From IMG/VR virus record IMGVR_UViG_3300005329_000002, positions 2,670 to 66,669 of that record: a stretch of DNA of 64,000 bases; one strand, given 5' to 3'. This DNA comes from a virus. Shown piece after piece: positions 1 through 9,796 of the stretch; position 1 is the stretch's first letter, and every line of letters begins with the position of its first letter. The notes under the pieces were generated by a model, which made no database searches, was not told the DNA's origin, and saw only the letters and a list, made by a program, of their open reading frames with translations. The position numbers and the translations under genes are program-made.

Positions 1-291
1 CGCTCGACGCACGGACATATCGAACGCCGCCTGATTGACCGGAACGCCCATTTGCTCTTCCCACTCATCGATGAAATCGACTGTGGTATCTGCGAACCGC
101 TCTTTATAAATTACGTCAAGCTGGTCGATTGCGTCTTGAACCACGTCCGAAAAGACTTTCCTCTTGAAGCCCCAATTGCTTTCATGGTTTTCAGGGAAGA
201 GATTCGGTGGAGTCTCATCGAGGAAATTCTTTTCGGCGTCCGTGTAAACGTCGCCTGCGTCAATTGCTGGCTGAAATGGTGTTGTCGGCAT
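1..291 (-). CDS. baseplate protein, YmfQ/DUF2313 (gpI-like), truncated by window edge
   Basis: Hand translation MPTTPFQPAIDAGDVYTDAEKNFLDETPPNLFPE...FIDEWEEQMGVP...VRR; ATG overlaps the baseplate J stop (TAATG); typical position after gpJ. Confidence 0.65.
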   Translation of the reverse strand, partial: MPTTPFQPAIDAGDVYTDAEKNFLDETPPNLFPENHESNWGFKRKVFSDVVQDAIDQLDVIYKERFADTTVDFIDEWEEQMGVPVNQAAFDMSVRRA

Positions 292-1712
292 TACGTCACC
301 GTGATCGTGCCGGGAGTCCTCTTGGAAGTTGAGCCTGTGGTTTGGTTTCCAACCGGGCTTGTAATTGACACGTCCGCGATCCCTGGCAAACCGAACACTG
401 CATCGACAAGTCCAGCAATCATCAGCGTCTCGCCAATTCCAAGCGCGTTAATGTAATCCTGAATTGCTTTCTGCACGTTCGGTGTAACATCGGTCAGCGT
501 GTAGGTGCCGGACGTTGTTACGTCTGCCGTCACGTTTGTTGAAACTGCCGTGAAGGTAGTAACATGAAATGAAATGTTTGCCACGTCGCGATCCGCAAGC
601 GCCTGAGCTACAGCCGCCTGAGTTTCGGGTGTAGGAACGGTTCCTCCTGGGCCTGAAATTCTGACAGTCGTATGCCCGTTCTGCGGAGTTCCAAGGTTGT
701 CATTCGGAAATACAGTTGCCTGATCGACTCCTACCACGTCCTCAGCCCACTCTTTGATATCGGCGGGCGAGCCTGATCCGGGGTTCTGAATGTGCGCTAG
801 CAATTCCTGTCTGTAATCCTCAGTGTCTTGAGGATCGGCACCGCCTGTAAACGGCGCGGCGTTTGTCACTTCAGTCAGTGTGGACGGGCCGTTGGTGATG
901 ATTGTAATTGTTCCCGCCACTGCATTTCCCTCGACGCCTTCCTCTTCCGCCGCTGCCGTCACTGACAATTTGTTTGCCGTGTTGCTCGTCGGCGCAAGAG
1001 GATTTCCGTTCACCGTTGCATCCGTGATGTTGTCCGTATAGGTCGTAGTCGTGTTGTCTGCAATCGTCGTGACAAGCCTGAAATCCCCGGTGCCGTTCTT
1101 GCGTCGGTAAATCTTTCTCGACGTTGTTCCTGCACCGCCGAGCGGGATCGCTGTGAGGTTGGCCTGCTGGTTTACCGGACTGATGGAGTTTGAAATTACT
1201 GAAGGAAGAGTTTCACCGCCCGTGGTTACGAAAGTAACGACGTACTCGTACAGTCCGTTGAGGTTTCCTGCCGTCGCGTTAATTGCTGCGGTCGGTGCAG
1301 TTGGAGTTCCAGGGTTCGGGATCGTCCCGTCAATCGTCGTGAGAAAGTAAATTACGTCAAGTCCGCTGCCAGGGTCGTATCCAACTTCAGTGCCGATGGG
1401 AACGTAAGTGCCACCCGCTCCGGTAAACGTCACTGTCCCTGAAGATTTCACACCAGGATCGATGGGCTTTCCAAATTCATCGCCGTAGCGAATCAGCGAT
1501 TGGAGCGCCGCTGTCTGAATGAACAAGTCCTCAAGCAAAAGCTGGTTGCCGAGGAAGATATTTTCAAACTGACCCGCTTCAATGTCGAGCAGGATACGCA
1601 GGACTCCATCGACGCCTGTGTAAACGTCTGGAATCTCTGCCTGAAATGCAGCCAGCATATCGGCCAGAATTTCATCCCTTGACCGATGGAACGTTTCAGG
1701 TGTAATTGGCAT
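291..1712 (-). CDS. baseplate J-like wedge protein with inserted Fn3/Ig-like domain
   Basis: GTVTFTG..VPIGT, GxxGN, FTGGAD.Q...YR, GSPADIKEWA..V.GV motifs of Baseplate_J; about 110 aa insert (YEYVVTFV...KIYRR...TYTD). Confidence 0.9.
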   Translation of the reverse strand: MPITPETFHRSRDEILADMLAAFQAEIPDVYTGVDGVLRILLDIEAGQFENIFLGNQLLLEDLFIQTAALQSLIRYGDEFGKPIDPGVKSSGTVTFTGAGGTYVPIGTEVGYDPGSGLDVIYFLTTIDGTIPNPGTPTAPTAAINATAGNLNGLYEYVVTFVTTGGETLPSVISNSISPVNQQANLTAIPLGGAGTTSRKIYRRKNGTGDFRLVTTIADNTTTTYTDNITDATVNGNPLAPTSNTANKLSVTAAAEEEGVEGNAVAGTITIITNGPSTLTEVTNAAPFTGGADPQDTEDYRQELLAHIQNPGSGSPADIKEWAEDVVGVDQATVFPNDNLGTPQNGHTTVRISGPGGTVPTPETQAAVAQALADRDVANISFHVTTFTAVSTNVTADVTTSGTYTLTDVTPNVQKAIQDYINALGIGETLMIAGLVDAVFGLPGIADVSITSPVGNQTTGSTSKRTPGTITVT

Positions 1713-1723
1713 TCAACCCTCCC

Positions 1724-2128
1724 TTACAGCGGTAGTGACAAAATGAATTCTTCTTGGTCGGGTGACGCAGACGGTTCACCCGCGCCATCCGGAAGTGTAT
1801 TAACGGAGTAACCGACAATTACACCCCAGCTTCGGCCATCACTCGATATGGTCAACTGAACCTCTCCGATTTCAATTTCGTCCATATCGTCCAGAGCTTC
1901 GCGGACGTACAGAGGAATCTCGATTTCAGCACGAGCGGGGTCATGCTGTAGTACAGCATGAAGGCGGCTCCCTAGCCGCTTGTCAGGATCATAGACCCAT
2001 GAGCCGCGAGGGATTTTCAGCCGGTTACGAATGCATTGCTCGATCCGCGCCGTCCCTGAAATTCCAGAGAGGTCGCGATTAGCGGAGAAGATCAGATCAC
2101 CATACTGGCTAATTGCAAGATCAAACAC
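1724..2128 (-). CDS. baseplate wedge subunit, gp25/GPW-like
   Basis: IEQCIRNRLKIPRGSW.YDP..LGSRL pattern; directly upstream of gpJ. Confidence 0.75.
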   Translation of the reverse strand: MFDLAISQYGDLIFSANRDLSGISGTARIEQCIRNRLKIPRGSWVYDPDKRLGSRLHAVLQHDPARAEIEIPLYVREALDDMDEIEIGEVQLTISSDGRSWGVIVGYSVNTLPDGAGEPSASPDQEEFILSLPL

Positions 2129-2919
2129 TACGAACCTCCCACTCCAATGTGTGCGCCGCCACCACTGCTGCCGTCACTTCCCTGCGGCGGTAGAATTTCA
2201 TTGACGTAATCAAGGCTGTTGATTACACCCAAGCATCGAGGGAGCCTTCTCGTTCCCCGCTCAAACGCGATCAGAATTACATCGCCCACGTCTGGAACTC
2301 CAATCGAGTTACTTGTGAGCTTGCGAGCAAGAGGAACAATTTGCGTAGCGCTTGAAGGCTCAAAACGAATGTCATCGAGAAATTGAAATGATCCAGCGTT
2401 AGTAGCTGCGCCTGTAACCCAACGAACATTTCCACTTGAATCAACGTCAACGCGACCATGAACGTTGGAAGTATTGTCGCCTGCTGCTGTGCCGAACCCT
2501 CTTTGGTTAGCTGGCCTGTAATTCGTCGGAAGTGTGAACATGATTTCGTTGACCGCTGGCGCTGCCACTGAAACCTTCTTAATCAGACCTTTCAATTCAA
2601 TTTGTCCGAACGGGTCGAAACGAAATGCGGGAGCTTCAAACGGCGCTCCAAAGGATTGCCAACTGTTCTGAAATGCTGGCTCGCCTGCTGCGCCAACTGC
2701 ATGCCACGAATCGAACGTTCCATTGGGAACGTAGTAATTTATATCGTCGATGAAATCGACAAGCGGAATGCACTGATCGCCAAGCTCGGCTACCCACACG
2801 AGCCTGCGCGTCGTATCCCTTTTCAGCACCTTGGCCGTCAAGAACGTCTGCCCAACGTCGGACAGCATCGAGCCGACCAATGTTCGAATGCTTGAAAAAT
2901 CTTCGTCTGTCAGTGGCAT
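2128..2919 (-). CDS. putative baseplate spike/assembly protein with inserted fibre-like domain
   Basis: Between hub and gp25; C-terminal PDVGDVILIAFERG..PRCLG resembles the gpV/gp5 OB-fold; central WHAVG...FTLPTNYRP...LDDIRF segment resembles tail-fibre tip domains. Confidence 0.55.
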   Translation of the reverse strand: MPLTDEDFSSIRTLVGSMLSDVGQTFLTAKVLKRDTTRRLVWVAELGDQCIPLVDFIDDINYYVPNGTFDSWHAVGAAGEPAFQNSWQSFGAPFEAPAFRFDPFGQIELKGLIKKVSVAAPAVNEIMFTLPTNYRPANQRGFGTAAGDNTSNVHGRVDVDSSGNVRWVTGAATNAGSFQFLDDIRFEPSSATQIVPLARKLTSNSIGVPDVGDVILIAFERGTRRLPRCLGVINSLDYVNEILPPQGSDGSSGGGAHIGVGGS

Positions 2920-5246
2920 TAGATGTAAGCCCTCATTGCGATTCGGTCGCTTCTGTAATTGATCGGCAAAATGAGCGGGCCAGGATCGCTGCCCATCGAA
3001 ATCACCTTACCGTTACCCGCGTACACTGCCACATGGCCCGGATAGCTCGGTGTTCCCCCATAGAAGATCAGATCGCCAGGGTTCAGTCCGTTGATCGAGT
3101 GAATTGCAGTTCCGTTTGCGACCTGAGTTCTAGTGTTGCCGATCGGATGGTAATTTTGGTTTGAGGGATCGTCAATTCCGCAACTCTTGTAGCACCATTC
3201 AGCGAACGAGCTACAGTCCAAATGCGCCGGAACATTCGGCGGCGGTGAAAAATCAGCGGCTCTCTGCCCTTGGTCGTAATCAATTTCATCGCGCCGATAG
3301 TAGCCGTACATTGCGACGGCACGAACGGCTGCGCGTTGTTCATTTCTTGTCGGATTCGGCCCGAGCCCTCTGAAAATTCGCATGCATTCCTGCGCGGACT
3401 GTGGAAGCTCTCTAGGGACGGGAGAGTCGCCTTGGTTGCCTTCAGAGCCACTACCGTCTCGCTGCGCCTTAGCAGCCTCCTGAGCGGCTTTGAGAGCATC
3501 GTTGACTTGCTGTAGATAGGTGTTCTGAACCTTCGCCTTGACTTCCTTCGCATATCGCGTCGGAACGGTTGTCGGAGTTTCCCCGGCGTAGTGATGCCCG
3601 TAATAGGAAACGCCCGCCCAAATGTCAGCATCGCGGCCAGAATCTCGTACCGCAAGTTGTAATTTATTTCTCAGCGCTCGTGCTGCCGCCCAAATATTCG
3701 AGGGAGGATGCCAGCGCCCACCGCTGTATTGGTTCTGATTTCCAGTCTTGAATTTATCATCGGCCCAATGCTTGTACCCGAGGCTGTAAAGCTGCATGAT
3801 GCCGACAGCAAACGTTTCGCTCGTGTATTGCCCAGGCTCGTTAGCGAAAATTTCTTTCCACTGCTCATGCGTCCTACCGAATCGATCCTTCGGTGTACCG
3901 ACAGGCGGATCGTCCGCGTATTTACGATCACGGTTGACCGCTTTCCACTGATACCAGGGCACACGATCTTCACCCGGCCCGCCAAGCGCTCTGATGTTGT
4001 TGAAAGAAGTTTCCTGATCGCCAATTGCAAGTAGTGTTGCCAGGAAGAGAGGGAAATTCCAAGGGCCATGCCATTCGCGAGCGGCCTTAATGAAATCGTC
4101 AGCGTAAGGAACTTCTAGCTCGACGCCTAGCTGATTACCAACGTCCTTCTTTGGCTCAGCGGTTGTAAACGATGGGTCGGGAGGAATTCTCCGCGACAAC
4201 GCCATCCCGCGCTCACGCAATCGAATTTCCTGCACGAAGCCGTCTGGCCCTGCCGACATTCGTGTTCCGACAACGAAGTAGTCACCGTACAAATTCATTT
4301 CTGGAATTCGCACTCGCGCTACTCGGTTCTGCCGGATTGGGAAACCAGGATCACCAACCGTCAAAGTAATTTCAACCGAACCGACTTTGCCCTCAAAGAT
4401 TTCTTCCCATGCTTCCTTGAGCGCCTGCTTGCGGTTGTGAACTTCCTTGTCGAAAATGATCTTGCGCGGTTTCTTGATCCAGTTCTTGACTGTGGGATCG
4501 TCAGCGGTAACTAGAAATCCGCTGTCACCCTTCTGGCCGTAAACCCAAACCTCGCCAAGCCTTCCCTGCGTCGTCTTTTTCACTTGCACATTTTCAACTT
4601 GCTGGTACAAGTCCTTGATCCGCGAGGGATCGTTAGACTTCGGCTTGCCAAAGAAATAGGACGGAGCAGCCTCGTAATGCAATTTGCCCGCATTGAGTTG
4701 CCCCTGTGGCCCGAACCAAATCCACATTTTCTCTTTGCGATAGAGACGATTCCAGAATTCCCAATACGTCTCCGATCCATCAGTGTATTGAGACTTCTTG
4801 ACTTGAATTCCTTTTGAGAGGTTCAGCCGTCCGCCAATTCCAAGTTCACGCGCCTGTTCCTGCACGAGTTTCCATGCGCGAACATGACGGTACTGCTTCG
4901 GCGGCAAAGTGGAATCAGTCGCGAGTGAGGACAAGTCCCGTCCTGTAATCGTGACGACGCCCATTTCGTTGTATGTAATTTCATCAGCCACGCCCGTCAC
5001 CATGTAGCTCGTTCCGCGCTGGCTGGAATCGACACCGAAAATCTGAACGCGAACCTCGTTGTCTCTTTTCAGCGCTTTGATTAGATCGCCGTCAGGATCG
5101 CCGATGTTAATTGAAAATGGGTCAGAGTCGTTATCGAGCGACGTGTCGATGTAGTATTCCTCGATGGCGCGGATAGTCCTGGGCACATAGCCCTTTCCTC
5201 TCCACGGCATTGTAATTATCGCTCTAACGTTCTCGACCGATGGCAT
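2919..5246 (-). CDS. baseplate hub (gpD/gp44-like) fused to lytic transglycosylase and NlpC/P60 peptidase
   Basis: N-terminal hub (ITGRDLS..ATD); AIGDQETSFN, AVGIMQL, SNIWAAARAL (SLT-like); LDCSSF, PGDLIFY, GHVAVYAG (NlpC/P60). Confidence 0.8.
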   Translation of the reverse strand: MPSVENVRAIITMPWRGKGYVPRTIRAIEEYYIDTSLDNDSDPFSINIGDPDGDLIKALKRDNEVRVQIFGVDSSQRGTSYMVTGVADEITYNEMGVVTITGRDLSSLATDSTLPPKQYRHVRAWKLVQEQARELGIGGRLNLSKGIQVKKSQYTDGSETYWEFWNRLYRKEKMWIWFGPQGQLNAGKLHYEAAPSYFFGKPKSNDPSRIKDLYQQVENVQVKKTTQGRLGEVWVYGQKGDSGFLVTADDPTVKNWIKKPRKIIFDKEVHNRKQALKEAWEEIFEGKVGSVEITLTVGDPGFPIRQNRVARVRIPEMNLYGDYFVVGTRMSAGPDGFVQEIRLRERGMALSRRIPPDPSFTTAEPKKDVGNQLGVELEVPYADDFIKAAREWHGPWNFPLFLATLLAIGDQETSFNNIRALGGPGEDRVPWYQWKAVNRDRKYADDPPVGTPKDRFGRTHEQWKEIFANEPGQYTSETFAVGIMQLYSLGYKHWADDKFKTGNQNQYSGGRWHPPSNIWAAARALRNKLQLAVRDSGRDADIWAGVSYYGHHYAGETPTTVPTRYAKEVKAKVQNTYLQQVNDALKAAQEAAKAQRDGSGSEGNQGDSPVPRELPQSAQECMRIFRGLGPNPTRNEQRAAVRAVAMYGYYRRDEIDYDQGQRAADFSPPPNVPAHLDCSSFAEWCYKSCGIDDPSNQNYHPIGNTRTQVANGTAIHSINGLNPGDLIFYGGTPSYPGHVAVYAGNGKVISMGSDPGPLILPINYRSDRIAMRAYI

Positions 5247-5436
5247 GCTTCTCGCCTAGCCTTTTCAACTCGTCTTGGAATACCGCTGAATCACAGAACG
5301 CATCGAAGGTTGAAATTCTTCTTTGTTTGTCGGCGTCGGGATGCTTGTCGAGCCATGACTGAAATCGCGCCGCGACTTCCCGATGGCGCATTCGTGCCGT
5401 AATTTTCTTTACGACTGGTTTCTTTTTCGCGGTCAT
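5224..5436 (-). CDS. hypothetical protein
   Basis: Fills gap, overlaps both neighbours; basic N-terminus. Confidence 0.5.
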   Translation of the reverse strand: MTAKKKPVVKKITARMRHREVAARFQSWLDKHPDADKQRRISTFDAFCDSAVFQDELKRLGEKHAIGRER

Positions 5437-6191
5437 ACTTCAAATTGTGTTCCAATCGGGAATCGATACTGCGGAAGCTGATGCCGTGGCACGTCCGCAA
5501 TAAGCTTTGAAATTGGCTCTTCGTTCAATTCCAAAACTCGACCCCACAGTTTCGAATCGCCGTAGGCTTGGTGAGCAATCTGTCTGAGCGTCCTGCTCAT
5601 ATCCCGCACAATTACATACCGTCCTGCGTGTCGAGCGCGCTTTTTCTTTTTCACGCTCGGGTTTGGCTTGGGCGGCGTTCCGTGCGGGTCACGAATCCTA
5701 CGACCGATCCCCGTCCTGAGAAACGAAAGCACATATGAAATTGAATGCGTTCGATCCTCAGCGTCATGTACGAAATCGTAGTTCTCCACGTTGACGTACT
5801 GAATGCGTTCGAAAATTCCAGGCAGATAGAGAATCTTTCCGCGATCCGGGGTCGGTGATGCGAGAAGGTTCGTCAATTCCACCATGTTGTCCACCGCTGT
5901 AATTCCAGGGAACGTCCCACTAAGCTCGATCCGAGCTTCATCGAAATGAACCACTTGCACGTCAACATCGTTGTCACCGATGTAATAGTGGCGACCGAGA
6001 AGCGCTTGACCACTTCTCCGGAATCCCTCGACTCCAATCGGGAAAATGAAAACAGCGTTGCCCGACTGAATGCTTGGACGCTTGTGAAATAAATTCGAAT
6101 CGGGAATCAGATACCGAGCGGGGTCTTGTCCGGTATTCCCTTTCCAAATTTGTGTTTCGTTCGCTGTAGGTGGCCTGTGTCCGAGTGCCAT
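5433..6191 (-). CDS. tail tube initiator-like protein with C-terminal LysM-like domain
   Basis: TLRQIAHQAYGDSKLWGRVLELN...PIGT; immediately downstream of tape measure. Confidence 0.7.
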   Translation of the reverse strand: MALGHRPPTANETQIWKGNTGQDPARYLIPDSNLFHKRPSIQSGNAVFIFPIGVEGFRRSGQALLGRHYYIGDNDVDVQVVHFDEARIELSGTFPGITAVDNMVELTNLLASPTPDRGKILYLPGIFERIQYVNVENYDFVHDAEDRTHSISYVLSFLRTGIGRRIRDPHGTPPKPNPSVKKKKRARHAGRYVIVRDMSRTLRQIAHQAYGDSKLWGRVLELNEEPISKLIADVPRHQLPQYRFPIGTQFEV

Positions 6192-8308
6192 TAGTTCGGC
6201 CCTCCCCTATGTCCGGCACCGCGTCGTCCTCTGTGCGACGGAGTGCGACCGCCTGACCACATTTGAACCGGAACGTGAACCTTCTTGCGCGTCTTTGTTC
6301 CGTCCGGCTGAACTAGATCGACATTGATTGTCACGTCAGCGCTTCCATGAATTTCAGAAGTGTGAGAAAGCGAGCTATAGGCAAACGAGTCAGTTGGTCG
6401 AAGCCCGACGGATCGTGCCCAAGCGTTGACGGCTGATGCTGTTCGTGGGTTTGTCTGATCGCCCAAGCCAAACAAATCCTTGAAGGCTGAAATATCTCTC
6501 TTGCCCGCTCGTCCAACTGCGCCGGAAATACCAAACGTTCCTTCGTTTAGCAATTCACCCCAACCATGCCTGCGCCCGGAAGAGTCACGCATCATCGCAT
6601 TTTTGAAGCCACGATCATGAATGTCACTTCCGACCATTGCGCCAGCCATCAGCCATCCCCCAGCACCCACCATTGGAATTCCAAAGCGTCCCATTCTTCC
6701 TCGACCGCCGCCTGCTGCTGCCGCTGCGCCTGCGGTTGAAATTGCTCCCTTAGCGCCACCGCCGAACAATTGCCCGACAACCATGACGTAGAGAGGATGG
6801 GTTGGAGTCATTCCCTGTTGCGTTCCGCCTCTCAGTGCATCTTCGGCGGCTGTTACTCCAATTGCCCCGCGACTACCAAATTTCAGAAGTCCTCCAACGC
6901 CCATTCCACGAGCTAGCCCGAGCGCGGCTAGAACACCGCCTGCGCCCAATGCAACCTCTTGTGATCGACGCTGGTGCGTTGAAACGTAACCTCCGACGCC
7001 TGCAATTCCACGCGCTCCGAGATTGAGTGCTGGTTCAAAAGCGCTGATGATGCTGCGACGAATTACATCGACTGAAACGGCTGCGGCCTGTAGAGGCTGA
7101 CGACGCGAGAAGTCCGCCCATCGGTTTGCGAAATCATCCTGCGCCTGTTGCGTGTTGGCCATAGCCATTGCAATTGTTTCTTGATCCTTTGACATTTGCC
7201 GCGTAGCTCTCTCCTGAGCCATGAGCGCGACCAATGCACGGACTCCGTGAATTCTCCCGATTGCGCGACTGAGGAAATCGATTCCCTGTCCTGAAATTCC
7301 AAGGCCACGCTGAACGTCACCGGGATTGCCTGTATCCATTAGGTCAAGCTGATCGTCGGAGACAGTTGAAGCCTTGCGCAAATTTCCGGTCACTCCAAGA
7401 GCTTCAGCCCTCTTCATTAGCTGACGGATCGCCCAAAGCCCCCCGTGCTGCTGAACAGTGGTCGGTGTAATTCCAGCGGTTTTCAGAGCATCCCTGTGAA
7501 CCTTGGAAGTCGGAGCGGCAATCGACTGAAGAAGGAATTGCAATCCACGTCCTGCCGTGGACGGCGTAGCGCCGATCCTCGTCTCAGTCAAATACAGCCC
7601 ATACATTTCCTGTGGTGTAATTGCTGCGAACCGCGAGACAGCGGCAAGTGGAGCAAGCTGCTGAATAAATTGCGGGCCGTAGGCTGCACCGCCAGGAGCC
7701 TGATAGACAAGCTCGGTAAATCCACGGATGCCCTGCTGAATGTTGCGGAGGTTTTGCTTCTGACCGAACGCCTGATTCAGACCTGTAATTGATCGCGTCA
7801 AGTCGTCCACGGGCACCGTTGCCAACTGTGCGCCCTGTGAAAGAGCCGTGGTCAATGCAATTGCCTGATCCGGCGAAACGTTCTGAACCGTCGAGTAGAG
7901 GTTGACGAGTGCGTCGTTGAAATCGTTGACGGGTGTAATTGCGTCGAGTGAAGCTCGCTGCGCGTTTTGATAGAGGCTTTGCAGAGCTTGATCGGCTGCT
8001 GTGGTTCCACGAATTTGCGAATCAAATACGCCGCCACCGATAGCACCGATGAGAGCGTATTGCCGCTGAGTGTCCCGAAGGACGCTGAGCATTCTCGTAG
8101 CCCCGAAAATTACAGAACCCGCGAATGCGTACCTCAGCGTTGTGCCGAATGCCCGCCACTGTGCATTGAGCCTTTCGGACATTCGGCTCGTGTTGTACGT
8201 CGCGCGACCGATGTTGGTCATGCCGCCCGACACTTGATTCATCACTGCGAGCGCATTGCCCGCCGATGAGCTAAATGTCGTGACGATTCTGTTATTGATC
8301 TGGCTCAA
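6191..8308 (-). CDS. tape measure protein
   Basis: 705 aa, A/G/Q-rich helical; follows tail chaperones. Confidence 0.85.
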   Translation of the reverse strand: MSQINNRIVTTFSSSAGNALAVMNQVSGGMTNIGRATYNTSRMSERLNAQWRAFGTTLRYAFAGSVIFGATRMLSVLRDTQRQYALIGAIGGGVFDSQIRGTTAADQALQSLYQNAQRASLDAITPVNDFNDALVNLYSTVQNVSPDQAIALTTALSQGAQLATVPVDDLTRSITGLNQAFGQKQNLRNIQQGIRGFTELVYQAPGGAAYGPQFIQQLAPLAAVSRFAAITPQEMYGLYLTETRIGATPSTAGRGLQFLLQSIAAPTSKVHRDALKTAGITPTTVQQHGGLWAIRQLMKRAEALGVTGNLRKASTVSDDQLDLMDTGNPGDVQRGLGISGQGIDFLSRAIGRIHGVRALVALMAQERATRQMSKDQETIAMAMANTQQAQDDFANRWADFSRRQPLQAAAVSVDVIRRSIISAFEPALNLGARGIAGVGGYVSTHQRRSQEVALGAGGVLAALGLARGMGVGGLLKFGSRGAIGVTAAEDALRGGTQQGMTPTHPLYVMVVGQLFGGGAKGAISTAGAAAAAGGGRGRMGRFGIPMVGAGGWLMAGAMVGSDIHDRGFKNAMMRDSSGRRHGWGELLNEGTFGISGAVGRAGKRDISAFKDLFGLGDQTNPRTASAVNAWARSVGLRPTDSFAYSSLSHTSEIHGSADVTINVDLVQPDGTKTRKKVHVPVQMWSGGRTPSHRGRRGAGHRGGPN

Positions 8309-8663
8309 TTTCAGGTTCCTCTATTTCTTCTTCACCGAATGAGTCGTTCTGCTCAACGTGAACTTCTACGTCGTACTCTTCACCCTTGCTCGGTCGGTAG
8401 AGCTTTTCACGAATTTCAGGTGGTAGCTTGGTTTCATCGATAACCGCCTCCCCACACACTTCGCAAACATCGCGATGAAATTTCGGCAGACAATGTGTGT
8501 GAATTTTCCTTATTCGTTCGTCGTAGTCGATGAGTTGGTTGAGATAGACCCACGACCATTGGCCAGGAGTAGCTCGGGAGGCAGTTTCCCAAGGAAACGT
8601 TTGGCTGCGTACCATGCACTGCCAGATAGTACGTTCCAATCCATTTCCTGCAAGACTTTTTTT
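8292..8663 (-). CDS. tail assembly chaperone, -1 frameshift extension (GT-like)
   Basis: Open -1 frame entered at the A AAA AAA heptamer (8657-8663); ends overlapping the TMP start. Confidence 0.75.
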   Translation of the reverse strand, partial: KKSLAGNGLERTIWQCMVRSQTFPWETASRATPGQWSWVYLNQLIDYDERIRKIHTHCLPKFHRDVCEVCGEAVIDETKLPPEIREKLYRPSKGEEYDVEVHVEQNDSFGEEEIEEPEIEPDQ

Positions 8664-9070
8664 AGTCTGTCGAATTCCTCTTCTGGAATTCCATCCAATT
8701 TCGGATTCGACTGTTCAGTCATTTCGTTGTATTCATCGATCAGTTGGTCGATATCAACGGATTCCAAGTCCTCCATCATTTCCTCGATGGTGTCATAGAC
8801 CCGCTGAGTCAAATCGTCCTCTTCACGAATCGCACGAACGAGAATTTCCTGAGCCTGCCTTCGATCCCTCAATCCGAAGCCCGCGATGTTGTCCTGCGCC
8901 TCCATCATTGCGACAATTTCAAGGCACTGTTCGAACTCCGCTTCAGTGAGCGGAACAATCGCAATGCGGATTTCAGGATCGCTCACGAGAGGCACGAACG
9001 AGCAAGCAGCCTGCCCGAGCCTCATTCTTTCCAACCGACGCTGCTTGATTCGGGACTTAGTGTTGGCCAT
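8510..9070 (-). CDS. tail assembly chaperone (G-like)
   Basis: Between tube and TMP; acidic helical; contains slippery CTA AAA AAA G. Confidence 0.75.
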   Translation of the reverse strand: MANTKSRIKQRRLERMRLGQAACSFVPLVSDPEIRIAIVPLTEAEFEQCLEIVAMMEAQDNIAGFGLRDRRQAQEILVRAIREEDDLTQRVYDTIEEMMEDLESVDIDQLIDEYNEMTEQSNPKLDGIPEEEFDRLKKVLQEMDWNVLSGSAWYAAKRFLGKLPPELLLANGRGSISTNSSTTTNE

Positions 9071-9368
9071 TCTGAATTTCCGCCCTTTCCTTTAGTTCCT
9101 CTCTGACCGTTTGCATTTCCTGGTGCATGTGCCAAGTCACAGGCATTGCGTAGAACGCCTGATTGCAATTCTGGCATTGGCAGTAGAGGACGCATTCGCT
9201 GAGCGGCCCATCCGATCCCTCCGTGACAATCACGATAGGGTTGAAATTCCCACAATGCGGACACATTGGGGGAGCCGCCTCAATTTCAAGAACCGGGTCT
9301 TGAGCGAGACGTTCAACGGCTTCAACGCCCCGCTCAAGAAGTTGCTCCTGCTTCTTTGTTAGTGCCAT
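9057..9368 (-). CDS. Zn-ribbon hypothetical protein
   Basis: CPHC...CQNC; upstream purine-rich RBS. Confidence 0.6.
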   Translation of the reverse strand: MALTKKQEQLLERGVEAVERLAQDPVLEIEAAPPMCPHCGNFNPIVIVTEGSDGPLSECVLYCQCQNCNQAFYAMPVTWHMHQEMQTVREELKERAEIQNGQH

Positions 9369-9385
9369 GCCCGCCCTTCTTTCTT

Positions 9386-9778
9386 TTACGGAGCCGCGTA
9401 GCCCGGAATTGTAATGTCACAATCGAGCGTCACTGTATCGAGAGTTGATCGAATTGAAATCCTCGACCAGTTGCACCCTCGGTAAGTGACTACTCGCGTA
9501 CCACGAACGCACTGCACGTCGAAGTCACGCATCTGACGCAAGAGGGATTCATCGTTCATGTTTGCCCCCGCGCCTTCAGCGAGCAGAACGGCGGTGAATG
9601 TCACCGTGCCTTCGTCAGCCGTTCGAACACGACGAAGGACAGGGCCATCCGTACCGAATGCTCCCTGATAGGTAACTTCCTGCCGGAATTCCTCAGACAT
9701 TTCATTGACAGCGGCAAAGTGCTTGCCGTTTTCAAAAGCAATGTTGAGGTCAACGGCGGTTAGTCCCTTGAGCCACAT
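9386..9778 (-). CDS. tail tube protein
   Basis: 130 aa beta-rich protein directly downstream of sheath; GGAGG RBS. Confidence 0.75.
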   Translation of the reverse strand: MWLKGLTAVDLNIAFENGKHFAAVNEMSEEFRQEVTYQGAFGTDGPVLRRVRTADEGTVTFTAVLLAEGAGANMNDESLLRQMRDFDVQCVRGTRVVTYRGCNWSRISIRSTLDTVTLDCDITIPGYAAP

Positions 9779-9796
9779 ATGAATTTACCTCCCTTC

